DNA of 64,000 bases from Candidatus Doudnabacteria bacterium (GCA_016218585.1 JACRDK010000010.1:4974-68973); one strand, 5' to 3'. Positions 28,647-35,821 are shown, counted from the first letter of the stretch. Translations and numbers: made by a program. The notes: generated by a model not told the origin, from the sequence alone.

Positions 28647-28710
28647 AAGTATGCTACTGTAATTTCCCTCTGTCAATTTGCTTAATTTGTCCGGGAAAGG
28701 GGAGGGGAAA
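28647..28710 (-). promoter_or_regulatory. Repeat A copy 2
   Basis: 61/62 identical to copy 1; directly upstream of the 28170-28616 gene. Confidence 0.5.
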
Positions 28711-28784
28711 ATAGGAGAACCGCAAGCGGGGGCGCTTGCGGTTTCGTTGCTATTGTTGGTCGATGGCCGTTTGCCCCCAGGCCG
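28707..28784. repeat. Repeat B copy 1 (structured element: aaccgcaagc/gcttgcggtt hairpin + ggcc..ggcc hairpin)
   Basis: About 95% identical to 30765-30840; lies 3' of the 28798-29348 gene. Confidence 0.7.
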
Positions 28785-28797
28785 TTGGCGTCGGAAT

Positions 28798-29348
28798 TTA
28801 CTTGGGTTGGAAGAGCGTTATTTGGCTGAAGCACCCAACACCCTGAGTGCGGTCTTGGTCTCTTTCCTGATCTTTGGATAGCAGGGTTTGAGAGCCCAAG
28901 CAGGAGCCGCGAGGATGCCCAAACATCAGTCGGTAGAGCATCTCTTGAATATTGGCGACGCTGGTTGAAGAAATGGAAGCGTTGCACCAATAAGTCTTTC
29001 CCATTGTCGGTTCTCCCTCTTTCAGAGTGTTGCGATCATTCCCACAGGTGTCGATCAGCATGTATGTTGTCATGTCAGCGCTCCGATAGGATCCGAATGG
29101 TAAGTGCGAATCCCAGTGGTAATACACGCTGACAAGGTATATTTTCCCCTTGAAGGTCACTCGCTCGATGACCTCTTGGGGAATTTTCGGTATTTCCTCG
29201 GTGGGGTCAGTCAAGCTCACGCTGAGTTTGACATACTTTTTGCCTGTTGCTTGGTGCTCTTCGATTTGGAGATTCGCAAGAGTCCCAGCTTCCACGAGAC
29301 GATCAATTTCAGCCTCGCCGCCTTTTTTCAACCATATCCGGACTGACA
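28798..29348 (-). CDS. Hypothetical protein (GC-rich island)
   Basis: Best start MSVRIW at 29348 with GAAGGAGG RBS; the track's TTG start is the TTGACA of repeat A copy 3. Confidence 0.5.
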
Positions 29349-29446
29349 TAATACCTCCTTCACCGCTAAGGGGTTCTTGTGGCGAGTACAATTTCGCCAT
29401 CTGCCTATTAGACGGTTGCGGAGTATTTGTAGCAAATAAGCATAAT

Positions 29447-29488
29447 ATTGTCAATTTGCTTAATTTGTCCGGGAAAGGGGAGGGGAAA
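29447..29488 (-). promoter_or_regulatory. Repeat A copy 3 (5' half only, retains TTGACA)
   Basis: gtcaatttgcttaatttgtccgggaaaggggaggggaaa identical to copies 1 and 2. Confidence 0.5.
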
Positions 29489-29504
29489 TTGCTATTTTAA
29501 ATTT

Positions 29505-29541
29505 TGTTGACATCTTTCACATTTGTGAACTATATCAACAA
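29505..29541. promoter_or_regulatory. Operator-like nested palindrome O2 (TTGTTGA..TCACATTTGTGA..TCAACAA)
   Basis: 7-bp outer inverted arms around a TCACA/TGTGA core; followed by conserved AAATTGYYATTTTAAA. Confidence 0.5.
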
Positions 29542-29582
29542 GTTAATTTTATTTAGAAAAGGAAAAATTGTCATTTTAAAAC

Positions 29583-29620
29583 TTGTCTAAAACTCTCACA
29601 TTTGTGAATATTTTAGACAA
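29583..29620. promoter_or_regulatory. Operator-like nested palindrome O1 (TTGTCTAAAAC..TCACATTTGTGA..GTTTTAGACAA)
   Basis: 10-bp perfect outer arms plus the same core; near-identical to 30697-30734. Confidence 0.55.
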
Positions 29621-29659
29621 ATTGGTTTTATTTTATTTAAGGAAAGGGGAGGGAATTGG

Positions 29660-29702
29660 AAAAGCGCCGGAGCCCGTATGGTGTACGGGGCGGCGCTTTT
29701 GC
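29660..29702. terminator. Bidirectional terminator (agcgccg..cggcgct) downstream of 29708-30484 gene
   Basis: GC stem flanked by A4 and T4 runs. Confidence 0.65.
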
Positions 29703-29707
29703 GGCGG

Positions 29708-30484
29708 TCAGTAGGTTAAAACGGCTTGCTTGATGTCAGAGATGTTGGTAGCGTGTGGTACGGTAATTCCATCCAAAGTTGTTTCGGTAAACACTTTGTG
29801 TGGCCCAACATGCTTGATCACGCCATTCACGGGCGCCCCATTCTTTAGGGTCAGCGTAACCATCATGCCTTCGTTCCCTGCGAGACCCTTCTGTGACGGG
29901 AAGTCGATAACCTTCACAGGAGCAAACTTCTCGGCCACAAAGCCCGGCGCATAGCGTATGACCACGCGGAACAGCTCTTGGTTATCCTTCAAGAGCGCGC
30001 CCAGGGCTTCGATTATGGTCGAGCCGAAGGCAAACGGCAACGGGGAATCTTCTTCCCCGCGCTGTGAGGGTCTGGCATCTGGATTGTCCAGAATCTGGGC
30101 TCTGATGATGTTGTCCGCGTTGCTCAATTCAATTGGCACTCGGCGAGTCTCGGTCATGCCCTCGTCGCTGTACTGGAAGAATTGCTCGGGTTCGTACGAG
30201 CAGACTTCGCCGCTTTCATCGCAGTTGCCAATTCTGACCGAGCCGTGGGACCATCCTCGAGAGGTCTTGAACATGAAGCACTCGGCTGTAATGTCCAAGA
30301 AGTCCTGGCGCTGGACGCGGATGGACAGATGCCGGAAATTTCCGAGCGTGCCATCGGGGTTTACGGGGTTGTCGTCGGGGTAAGGCTCAACTTCGTGTTT
30401 GAGCCAAATCAAGTCTGGTTGGTCTGCCATTTGCACCATCTTGAGCGCAAATTTCAGAGAAAAACCTTCCGAATCTTTAGACAT
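29708..30484 (-). CDS. Hypothetical protein (GC-rich island)
   Basis: 258-aa ORF; long structured 5' leader containing operator O3 and repeat B copy 2. Confidence 0.55.
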   Translation of the reverse strand: MSKDSEGFSLKFALKMVQMADQPDLIWLKHEVEPYPDDNPVNPDGTLGNFRHLSIRVQRQDFLDITAECFMFKTSRGWSHGSVRIGNCDESGEVCSYEPEQFFQYSDEGMTETRRVPIELSNADNIIRAQILDNPDARPSQRGEEDSPLPFAFGSTIIEALGALLKDNQELFRVVIRYAPGFVAEKFAPVKVIDFPSQKGLAGNEGMMVTLTLKNGAPVNGVIKHVGPHKVFTETTLDGITVPHATNISDIKQAVLTY

Positions 30485-30696
30485 AGTTGTTCTCCATCAT
30501 CCGGATGCCTGTTTTACCAGGTACTGCCATCTCCGGCAGCGAACTACGCGTAAAATACGCACAGATCGCTGCCGAAGAATAAACTCCTCCTTTACGACAT
30601 TAAAGTATATCAAAAGGCTTAGAAATGTCCAGGTTAATTTATAAAAAATATTTATCTATTCTAGAAAGGGTAATTAAAAAATTGCCATTTTAAATC

Positions 30697-30734
30697 TTGT
30701 CTAAAACTCTCACATTTGTGAATATTTTAGACAA
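30697..30734. promoter_or_regulatory. Operator-like nested palindrome O3
   Basis: 37/38 identical to O1. Confidence 0.55.
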
Positions 30735-30764
30735 GTTGATTTTATTTTATTTAAGGAAAGGGGG

Positions 30765-30840
30765 AAAATAGGAGAACCGCAAGCGGGGGTGCTTGCGGTT
30801 TCGTTGCTATTGTTGGTCAATGGCCGTTTGCCCCCAGGCC
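30765..30840. repeat. Repeat B copy 2
   Basis: See copy 1. Confidence 0.7.
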
Positions 30841-30868
30841 ACTAGCGAGAATCAGGGTTCGTCGCGCT

Positions 30869-31159
30869 CTACTTGAATAGGAGCTCTTTGAATTCGCTGA
30901 AGGTGCACAGGGAATGCGGAATCAGGATCACGCAACCCGATTCGGGATCGTACGTCCCAGCGAAAGTGAATGCGGCTTCTTTGAGCCACTCGCTGTTCCG
31001 TAGGATTGCCCGCCGCAGAGCGCGAGCGGAGTGGATGTAGCACTCGTTGAAATGTTCGTGTTTAACCCATCTCGGCCTTCGGTTCCTGCCTCCTCGGCTC
31101 AAAGCGGTCACTCCTTCCGGAGTTTCCCCTTTAATGATGATATAACCAGAAAGGTACAT
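30869..31159 (-). CDS. Hypothetical small protein
   Basis: Likely ATG at 31159; GC-rich. Confidence 0.4.
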   Translation of the reverse strand: MYLSGYIIIKGETPEGVTALSRGGRNRRPRWVKHEHFNECYIHSARALRRAILRNSEWLKEAAFTFAGTYDPESGCVILIPHSLCTFSEFKELLFK

Positions 31160-31373
31160 CAATTCTTCATCCTTTGTAGATGTATTCTGCTCTGCCCGGG
31201 TAATTTACCAGGGTAAGTCAGTTTAGCAATTCTATCATAAATTAGAATAAGTTCAAGTACTGAATATTTTTTTAAACAAAATAAAAAACTCTAAAGTTGG
31301 GAGCAGAAATGATGCAGCGCGAGGAACTTTTGGTTCCCCGCGCTGTGTGCTGGTGGTTGTTGTTGGCCTGCAA

Positions 31374-31598
31374 TCAAACCGTCCTGGGTTCGGTTTGTGC
31401 GCCTTGGGAAGCGCAAGGGTTTTTTGCGGCGAGCCGCTTGGCCCTATCCTGGTCAATTAGCTCGTTAATCACATCGTACACAACCCTTTTGCTGAATGGG
31501 CATTCAGCGCCGTCAGCGGTGGTGTGGGTTTCAATGTGGTCTTCGAGCTCTGAAAATTGGATTCGGCTGTTGCAGCCCGGGCAAACTGAGATTATCAT
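31374..31598 (-). CDS. Small Cys/His protein (putative zinc ribbon)
   Basis: CPGC...H..H...C; ATG overlaps upstream gene stop (ATGA). Confidence 0.4.
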   Translation of the reverse strand: MIISVCPGCNSRIQFSELEDHIETHTTADGAECPFSKRVVYDVINELIDQDRAKRLAAKNPCASQGAQTEPRTV

Positions 31599-31888
31599 GC
31601 CTTTCCTTTCGAACGCCGAAATCTTCTTGGCTTCTTGAAAATGACTGGGCCGTCGGCGGCCTTGAAGCTGAGAGCTGGACGCCCGGGTTTGGGCACTTCC
31701 TGGACTCCGGGGACCCTGGTGGCCTGCTTTTGCTTCTTGCCCACGAAGTACAGAATGCCTCCTTGCCAGGCGAGTTTCCGGCCCGGATACTCGCGCATTG
31801 CCAGTTCTTTCAAGCGCTTTCTCATCTTCAGGTAAGGCGCCCGTCCGCCAGGGTTTTCTTCGCCATGAGTCGTGCGGGGGTTAGCCAT
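31595..31888 (-). CDS. Hypothetical basic small protein
   Basis: AAGGAGGAG RBS 5 nt before ATG; preceded by GC-hairpin module copy 1. Confidence 0.45.
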   Translation of the reverse strand: MANPRTTHGEENPGGRAPYLKMRKRLKELAMREYPGRKLAWQGGILYFVGKKQKQATRVPGVQEVPKPGRPALSFKAADGPVIFKKPRRFRRSKGKA

Positions 31889-31960
31889 ACAACTCCTCCT
31901 TGTTGAAGTATAATACTGTGAGGCATAGTAGCAAAAAGCAATAACAAAGTCCAGGTATGA

Positions 31961-32000
31961 ACAAGCGCCGGGTCCGCGGGGGTGCGGACTCGGCGCTTTG
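31961..32000. repeat. 40-nt GC hairpin repeat copy 1 (AACAAGCGCCGGGTCCGCGGGGGTGCGGACTCGGCGCTTT), terminator-like
   Basis: Near-identical copy at 33707-33745; both followed on minus strand by promoter-like ctggacttt..tata region and an RBS-bearing gene. Confidence 0.7.
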
Positions 32001-32020
32001 TGCTTGTTGACGTGAGTACG

Positions 32021-32539
32021 TTAACCGCTGGCCTTTTTCCAAATAAGGCTTAAGGCCAGAGCGGCTAAGCTGATCCAAAACCACCAGTTGTACAGCTTGG
32101 TGTGCGGATACGACTTGTGGTCCGGCGGCAGGATTAAAATGAATTTGTCTTTTCTCTTTATCATCAGCCTGTCCCTAATGAGAGAAATGAACAGCTGGTC
32201 GTCCGGCGGTTCATTCGACAAGTTGTATCTGATTGTCGCTTCCTGAATCTCCACCAGGTTGTTGAACCAGATTTGAAACGGAGGCGACGCCGGGTTAACC
32301 GCGAAATGAAGGTCGGTTTTCTTTAAGCCGTAACCTCTGAGGTGGGTGACGGCTGTGTCGATGTTTTTCTGGCAGTCCTTCATATTTTTGGCAAACACGG
32401 CTTGCCGCAAGGGCTGCTCTACCTTATTGGCGAAGTCGTAGCCGTGGTGCCACCTGAGAATCAGGCACAAAGCCAAAGCGGCGAAGGCCAGGGAAATCAT
32501 CGCTTCTTGCCACGGAAAGAATCTGTTATTCACGTTTTC
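32021..32539 (-). CDS. Single-pass membrane protein, paralog A (WFNNL motif)
   Basis: Best start GTG 32539 with AGGAGG RBS; TM ISLAFAALALCLIL; paralogous to 32563-33096. Confidence 0.5.
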   Translation of the reverse strand, partial: ENVNNRFFPWQEAMISLAFAALALCLILRWHHGYDFANKVEQPLRQAVFAKNMKDCQKNIDTAVTHLRGYGLKKTDLHFAVNPASPPFQIWFNNLVEIQEATIRYNLSNEPPDDQLFISLIRDRLMIKRKDKFILILPPDHKSYPHTKLYNWWFWISLAALALSLIWKKASG

Positions 32540-32562
32540 CTCCTGAATGCTGTGCGAGTGTC

Positions 32563-33096
32563 TTAATATCCGTTGTCGTCCTTTGCAACCCACCAGCCAA
32601 GACCGCCTACAAACATCATCGTGCTTACCAAAGCCCAACACAGGTAGAGGATGCCGTAGGGGTAGGTGGAGATGCCGGTAGGTGATTCAACCACCAGAAG
32701 TCCTCGCTCTTCCTTAAGAATTTTCTCGCGGACAGTTTCGAGCATTTCTTCGCCTGAGGGGAAGAAGCCCTCCTGTCCTTGCCTCTCTAGCGCTTCTTGA
32801 AGGTTGGCCAGGTTGTTAAACCACGCCTGCGTGTCGGAGATGTTTTGATTGCGCGGCGCATTGTTCGGAGTTTTCTGAAAACCCATCTCCTTCAGGTGCG
32901 AGATAGCTACGCTTAAGTGCTCAAGGCATTCCTTGGTGCTCTTGGAGTAAGCGGCACGACTCAAAGGTTCTTCGATGTTGCGGTTGAACGCTGTGAGGTT
33001 TGAAATAGACATCAGGACGCAGAACAGCATTAACAGCAATCCTATGCCCGCGATGTTCACGCTCAACGGTGTAGCTTCTTTGTTTTGCGTTTGCAT
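32563..33096 (-). CDS. Single-pass membrane protein, paralog B (WFNNL motif)
   Basis: Shared blocks: basic-Cys..H(L)xxxG..KT..AWFNNLANLQEA; N-terminal TM. Confidence 0.5.
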   Translation of the reverse strand: MQTQNKEATPLSVNIAGIGLLLMLFCVLMSISNLTAFNRNIEEPLSRAAYSKSTKECLEHLSVAISHLKEMGFQKTPNNAPRNQNISDTQAWFNNLANLQEALERQGQEGFFPSGEEMLETVREKILKEERGLLVVESPTGISTYPYGILYLCWALVSTMMFVGGLGWWVAKDDNGY

Positions 33097-33314
33097 TCAT
33101 ATCCTCCTGTATTTTCCACGAACAAATAAAAATACCACATTGCTGTGGTTGTGTCAATTGTGATTATAATTTACTGAGAAGTAAAATAAAAATTTTAATA
33201 GCGCAGGAGCCCCCACTTCCTGCGCTATTTCTGCTGGCATTGTTGCCGTTAGTTCAAGTACGATGCGTTCGGTTCGACGTTGTTGGTTATTCAGCCGACT
33301 CTCTTGCCGCCCTG

Positions 33315-33635
33315 CTACCGCTCGGTCACGAACTTCTTTTCGCAGTTGGGGCAATCGTTGGGCCCAAGCTTCACGTTGTTGATGAACCGTTTGCAATAAG
33401 GGCAGTCGGAGCTGCCATACATTGCACCTGTGTAGTAAGGGTACCACTGGGTCTTTTTGGCGCTTGGTTTCTTGTCCAAGGAGCGCAGGTATTCCCACCG
33501 GTTTTGCCGAGCCGCTTGAACTGCTTTTTTGGAAATAACCTCGCCATTCCAATTGCAGCGGAACCGGTTGCGGGCAAGGGGGGTAAACGTAATGCGTTTG
33601 TCCAGCTGGACTGTGCCTTGATTCGATATCGGCAT
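33315..33635 (-). CDS. Small zinc-ribbon protein (CPYC...CPNC)
   Basis: AAGGAGG RBS; preceded by GC-hairpin module copy 2. Confidence 0.45.
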   Translation of the reverse strand: MPISNQGTVQLDKRITFTPLARNRFRCNWNGEVISKKAVQAARQNRWEYLRSLDKKPSAKKTQWYPYYTGAMYGSSDCPYCKRFINNVKLGPNDCPNCEKKFVTER

Positions 33636-33706
33636 CGAGTCCTCCTTGCAGCAAACTATACCAAACTGTTCAAAAAAAGTCCAGATTTATAAAAAAGTAA
33701 AAATTA

Positions 33707-33745
33707 ACAAGCGCCGGGTCCGCGGGGTGCGGACTCGGCGCTTTT
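33707..33745. repeat. 40-nt GC hairpin repeat copy 2
   Basis: See copy 1. Confidence 0.7.
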
Positions 33746-33857
33746 ATATAGCTTGCCTGATTTCCGTTCAGGCGGACGGCTGGGTTACAATTGTGCTCAA
33801 TAAAAAAACAAATGAGTACGGTAAAATTAGAAGTCAGTTACTTTGGTGGTGTGACGG

Positions 33858-34058
33858 TTAGTTTTTTTCTTCTAGTTTTTTTCTCATTCCCTCCAAATGG
33901 TTTTGAAAGTCAATGCCAACAAAGTGCGCCTTAGCAACGCATTCCGCACAGTGGGACAGGTGGCTTACGGCTTGCGCATCGTCATCGGTTAATGGCCCCC
34001 CAGAACCAGCAAACAGGCGAGCAAGCTGCTCGTCTGACACGTGATCGTCTTTATCCAT
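33858..34058 (-). CDS. Small protein with anti-sigma-like zinc-finger motif (HxxxCxxC)
   Basis: AGGAGG RBS; SHLSHCAECVAKAH. Confidence 0.4.
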   Translation of the reverse strand: MDKDDHVSDEQLARLFAGSGGPLTDDDAQAVSHLSHCAECVAKAHFVGIDFQNHLEGMRKKLEEKN

Positions 34059-34238
34059 ACAGCCTCCTCTTGTTAAGAAAGACTATATTATATAGAAGAC
34101 AAGGTCAAGAAAAAAATAGCGAAAAGTAAAAACTCCCGCATGAAAATGAACAATAAAAATAAAGCCCTGTTATTTAAAGAAATGAAGATGCCGCCGACAG
34201 CCTTAATGGCATTGTCGGCGGCGGTTTGGAAGAGACAG

Positions 34239-34427
34239 TTAGTCCTTAGTGGGGGGAACTTTTTTCCCTGTTCCTCCGCACGAAGGGCACTTGGTAACTT
34301 CGGTGCTCCAGAGGCATGAGCATTCCATTAACCCTTGCGAGTCTTTGCCGTCCCCGCGGCAAAGTGGACACACGCCAATTCCTGTTCCACCACAATCGGG
34401 GCACAGTTCGTCAGTTTCGATAATCAT
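34239..34427 (-). CDS. 62-aa protein composed of DnaJ-type CXXCXGXG zinc-finger repeats
   Basis: CPDCGGTG, CPLCRGDG, CPSCGGTG; GGAGG RBS. Confidence 0.5.
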   Translation of the reverse strand: MIIETDELCPDCGGTGIGVCPLCRGDGKDSQGLMECSCLWSTEVTKCPSCGGTGKKVPPTKD

Positions 34428-34441
34428 AATTCCTCCATTGT

Positions 34442-34726
34442 TTACGGTCCGGCTACGGGCACGTCACATTTGCCCTCATAGGCAATGTTCATAACCGGTT
34501 CTCCTGCCCACTTTGTCCTTTCCAGCCAAAGAATTTTGGCCGACGGACAGGAATCATGGAAAACCTTGGCGGCCTCCGCAGCGCTCGCGGCATCAACAAA
34601 GACGCTGCTTGGTTTTGTGGCGGTGCTTCCTGCCCAAATGCGTGACGCTGCGACCTTCTTGTTTTTTGGCGGAGCCGTAAAGCCCACGCTTAAACAAATT
34701 AAAAACAACACTAGCAGCCTCCTCAT
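34442..34726 (-). CDS. Small secreted protein
   Basis: Signal peptide MRRLLVLFLICLSVGFTAPP; AGGAGG RBS; first gene of a 3-gene operon. Confidence 0.5.
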   Translation of the reverse strand: MRRLLVLFLICLSVGFTAPPKNKKVAASRIWAGSTATKPSSVFVDAASAAEAAKVFHDSCPSAKILWLERTKWAGEPVMNIAYEGKCDVPVAGP

Positions 34727-34819
34727 GGCTACCTCCTTTTTATTTCAATGCAATTATATCATTTTGGCTTTGAGTGTGGAAAGTTTAAAAAAGCGGAAAA
34801 ATTTGCATATAAATATTTA

Positions 34820-34848
34820 AAACCACCGCGTACTGCGGTGGTTTTAAA
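34820..34848 (-). terminator. Intrinsic terminator (accaccgcg..cgcggtggt)
   Basis: Hairpin plus T-run after the 34849-35253 gene. Confidence 0.6.
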
Positions 34849-35253
34849 TTATTGTACTTTAGGTTTATTCTTTTTTTGTTTTTTAGCAAATTCATCGCTC
34901 AGTCTATCTATGGATTCCTCGGAGCTTCCTTGTTCCATTAAAAACTTTTTCATAATTTTTTTGTCTCTGTCGGTTACTTCAATAGCTGGCTCCGGGTTTC
35001 TTGCATATATTTTTTCAGCAGCAGCAATTGCCTCGTCAGGGTTTATTTTTCCCTCTTTGTCCCATTTTTTGCAGAACAACCTAAACTCATCCATATTTTC
35101 AACCTCAACAAAAGCCGCAGCCGCGCCGTCAGCATCAAAAAGGTCAGTCTGTTTTAATAGTCCAAGTAAAATATTAACCATGGCTTCGTTATAGGCACGG
35201 GTTCCTCTAACTCTTTCCCAGTTTATGTAATTTGTATTTTCTTTTTCAGACAT
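34849..35253 (-). CDS. Hypothetical protein (AT-rich), between island and ssrA
   Basis: 134-aa ORF; no recognisable family. Confidence 0.5.
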   Translation of the reverse strand: MSEKENTNYINWERVRGTRAYNEAMVNILLGLLKQTDLFDADGAAAAFVEVENMDEFRLFCKKWDKEGKINPDEAIAAAEKIYARNPEPAIEVTDRDKKIMKKFLMEQGSSEESIDRLSDEFAKKQKKNKPKVQ

Positions 35254-35391
35254 ATATTTATTTAGTGGCCAAACAAGGCCGTTATTTATAAATCTTAATT
35301 AATTGTATCATTACAATGCTTTTGGACAAAATGCTAATCCCTAGTAATTAAATTTAAATATGACCTAAAAGGCGATAGGGAGTTTAAAAAC

Positions 35392-35424
35392 AATTAAAAA
35401 AACCGCTTTAGGCGGTTTTTTTAA
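35392..35424 (-). terminator. Terminator immediately 3' of tmRNA
   Basis: aaccgcctaaagcggtt hairpin flanked by A7/T7. Confidence 0.75.
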
Positions 35425-35431
35425 ATTCACT

Positions 35432-35821
35432 TGGTGGAGATGCCGGGAGTTAAACCCGGGTCCAAAACTAATTCACTTTCCAATTGTTCACAAGATTAGC
35501 TAAGTTTAATACCTCTATAACAATAACTTAGCAAATAGTTATAAAGGGCGATTTACGTGTCTTAAGCTTGCGGGTGCAAATCAAATCCGCAAACAGCAGT
35601 CCAAAATGAACCCGGCGATCTTAGGTTTGGACAAACTTAAGGCCGGGATCTCAGCTTAATAAATTAAGCTAAGACTGGTTGTAAGTCGGCGTTTTGAAAC
35701 GCGGCTACAACTTTATTCCATGCGTTAGCATTTGTTTGTGTCCGAGGGATTTACGAGTCTTCAGACTGGCTCGTCTTGCATATTAGAAAATGTCAAAGTC
35801 CTGTCAAAATCCGTCATCCCC
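35432..35821 (-). ncRNA. ssrA: Transfer-messenger RNA (tmRNA, SsrA)
   Basis: Minus strand 5' GGGGAUGACGGAUUUUGACAGG (compare GGGGACGUUACGGAUUCGACAGG). 7-bp acceptor stem pairing with 3' CAUCUCC-ACCA including the G3:U70 wobble. T-arm CCGGG-UUUAACU-CCCGG. Internal tag-like ORF ...DLQPVLA-TAA. -35/-10 promoter just upstream. smpB is present 9 kb away. Confidence 0.8.

Noticed and set aside
28682-28990. 102-aa minus-strand ORF
   Set aside because: Spans repeat B and the 3' end of the 28798-29348 gene in another frame; low-complexity translation.
31398-31430. Plus-strand terminator-like hairpin (tgcgc..gcgca + TTTTTT)
   Set aside because: Lies inside the coding region of the minus-strand gene 31374-31598 and there is no convincing plus-strand gene upstream. 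A possible antisense sRNA but unsupported.
31297-33692. Plus-strand ORFs 31297-31638, 31496-31906 and 33240-33692
   Set aside because: Antisense to minus-strand genes that have canonical RBSs, ATGA coupling and terminators. They are GC-rich antisense frames that stay open by composition.
28700-34800. Retron or diversity-generating retroelement explanation for structured repeats
   Set aside because: No reverse transcriptase ORF anywhere in the window.
24334-35431. Integrase / attL-attR of an ssrA-targeting element
   Set aside because: No tyrosine or serine recombinase-like ORF and no recognisable second copy of the ssrA 3' end. The island is therefore described as a decayed or non-canonical insertion, not a defined integrative element.
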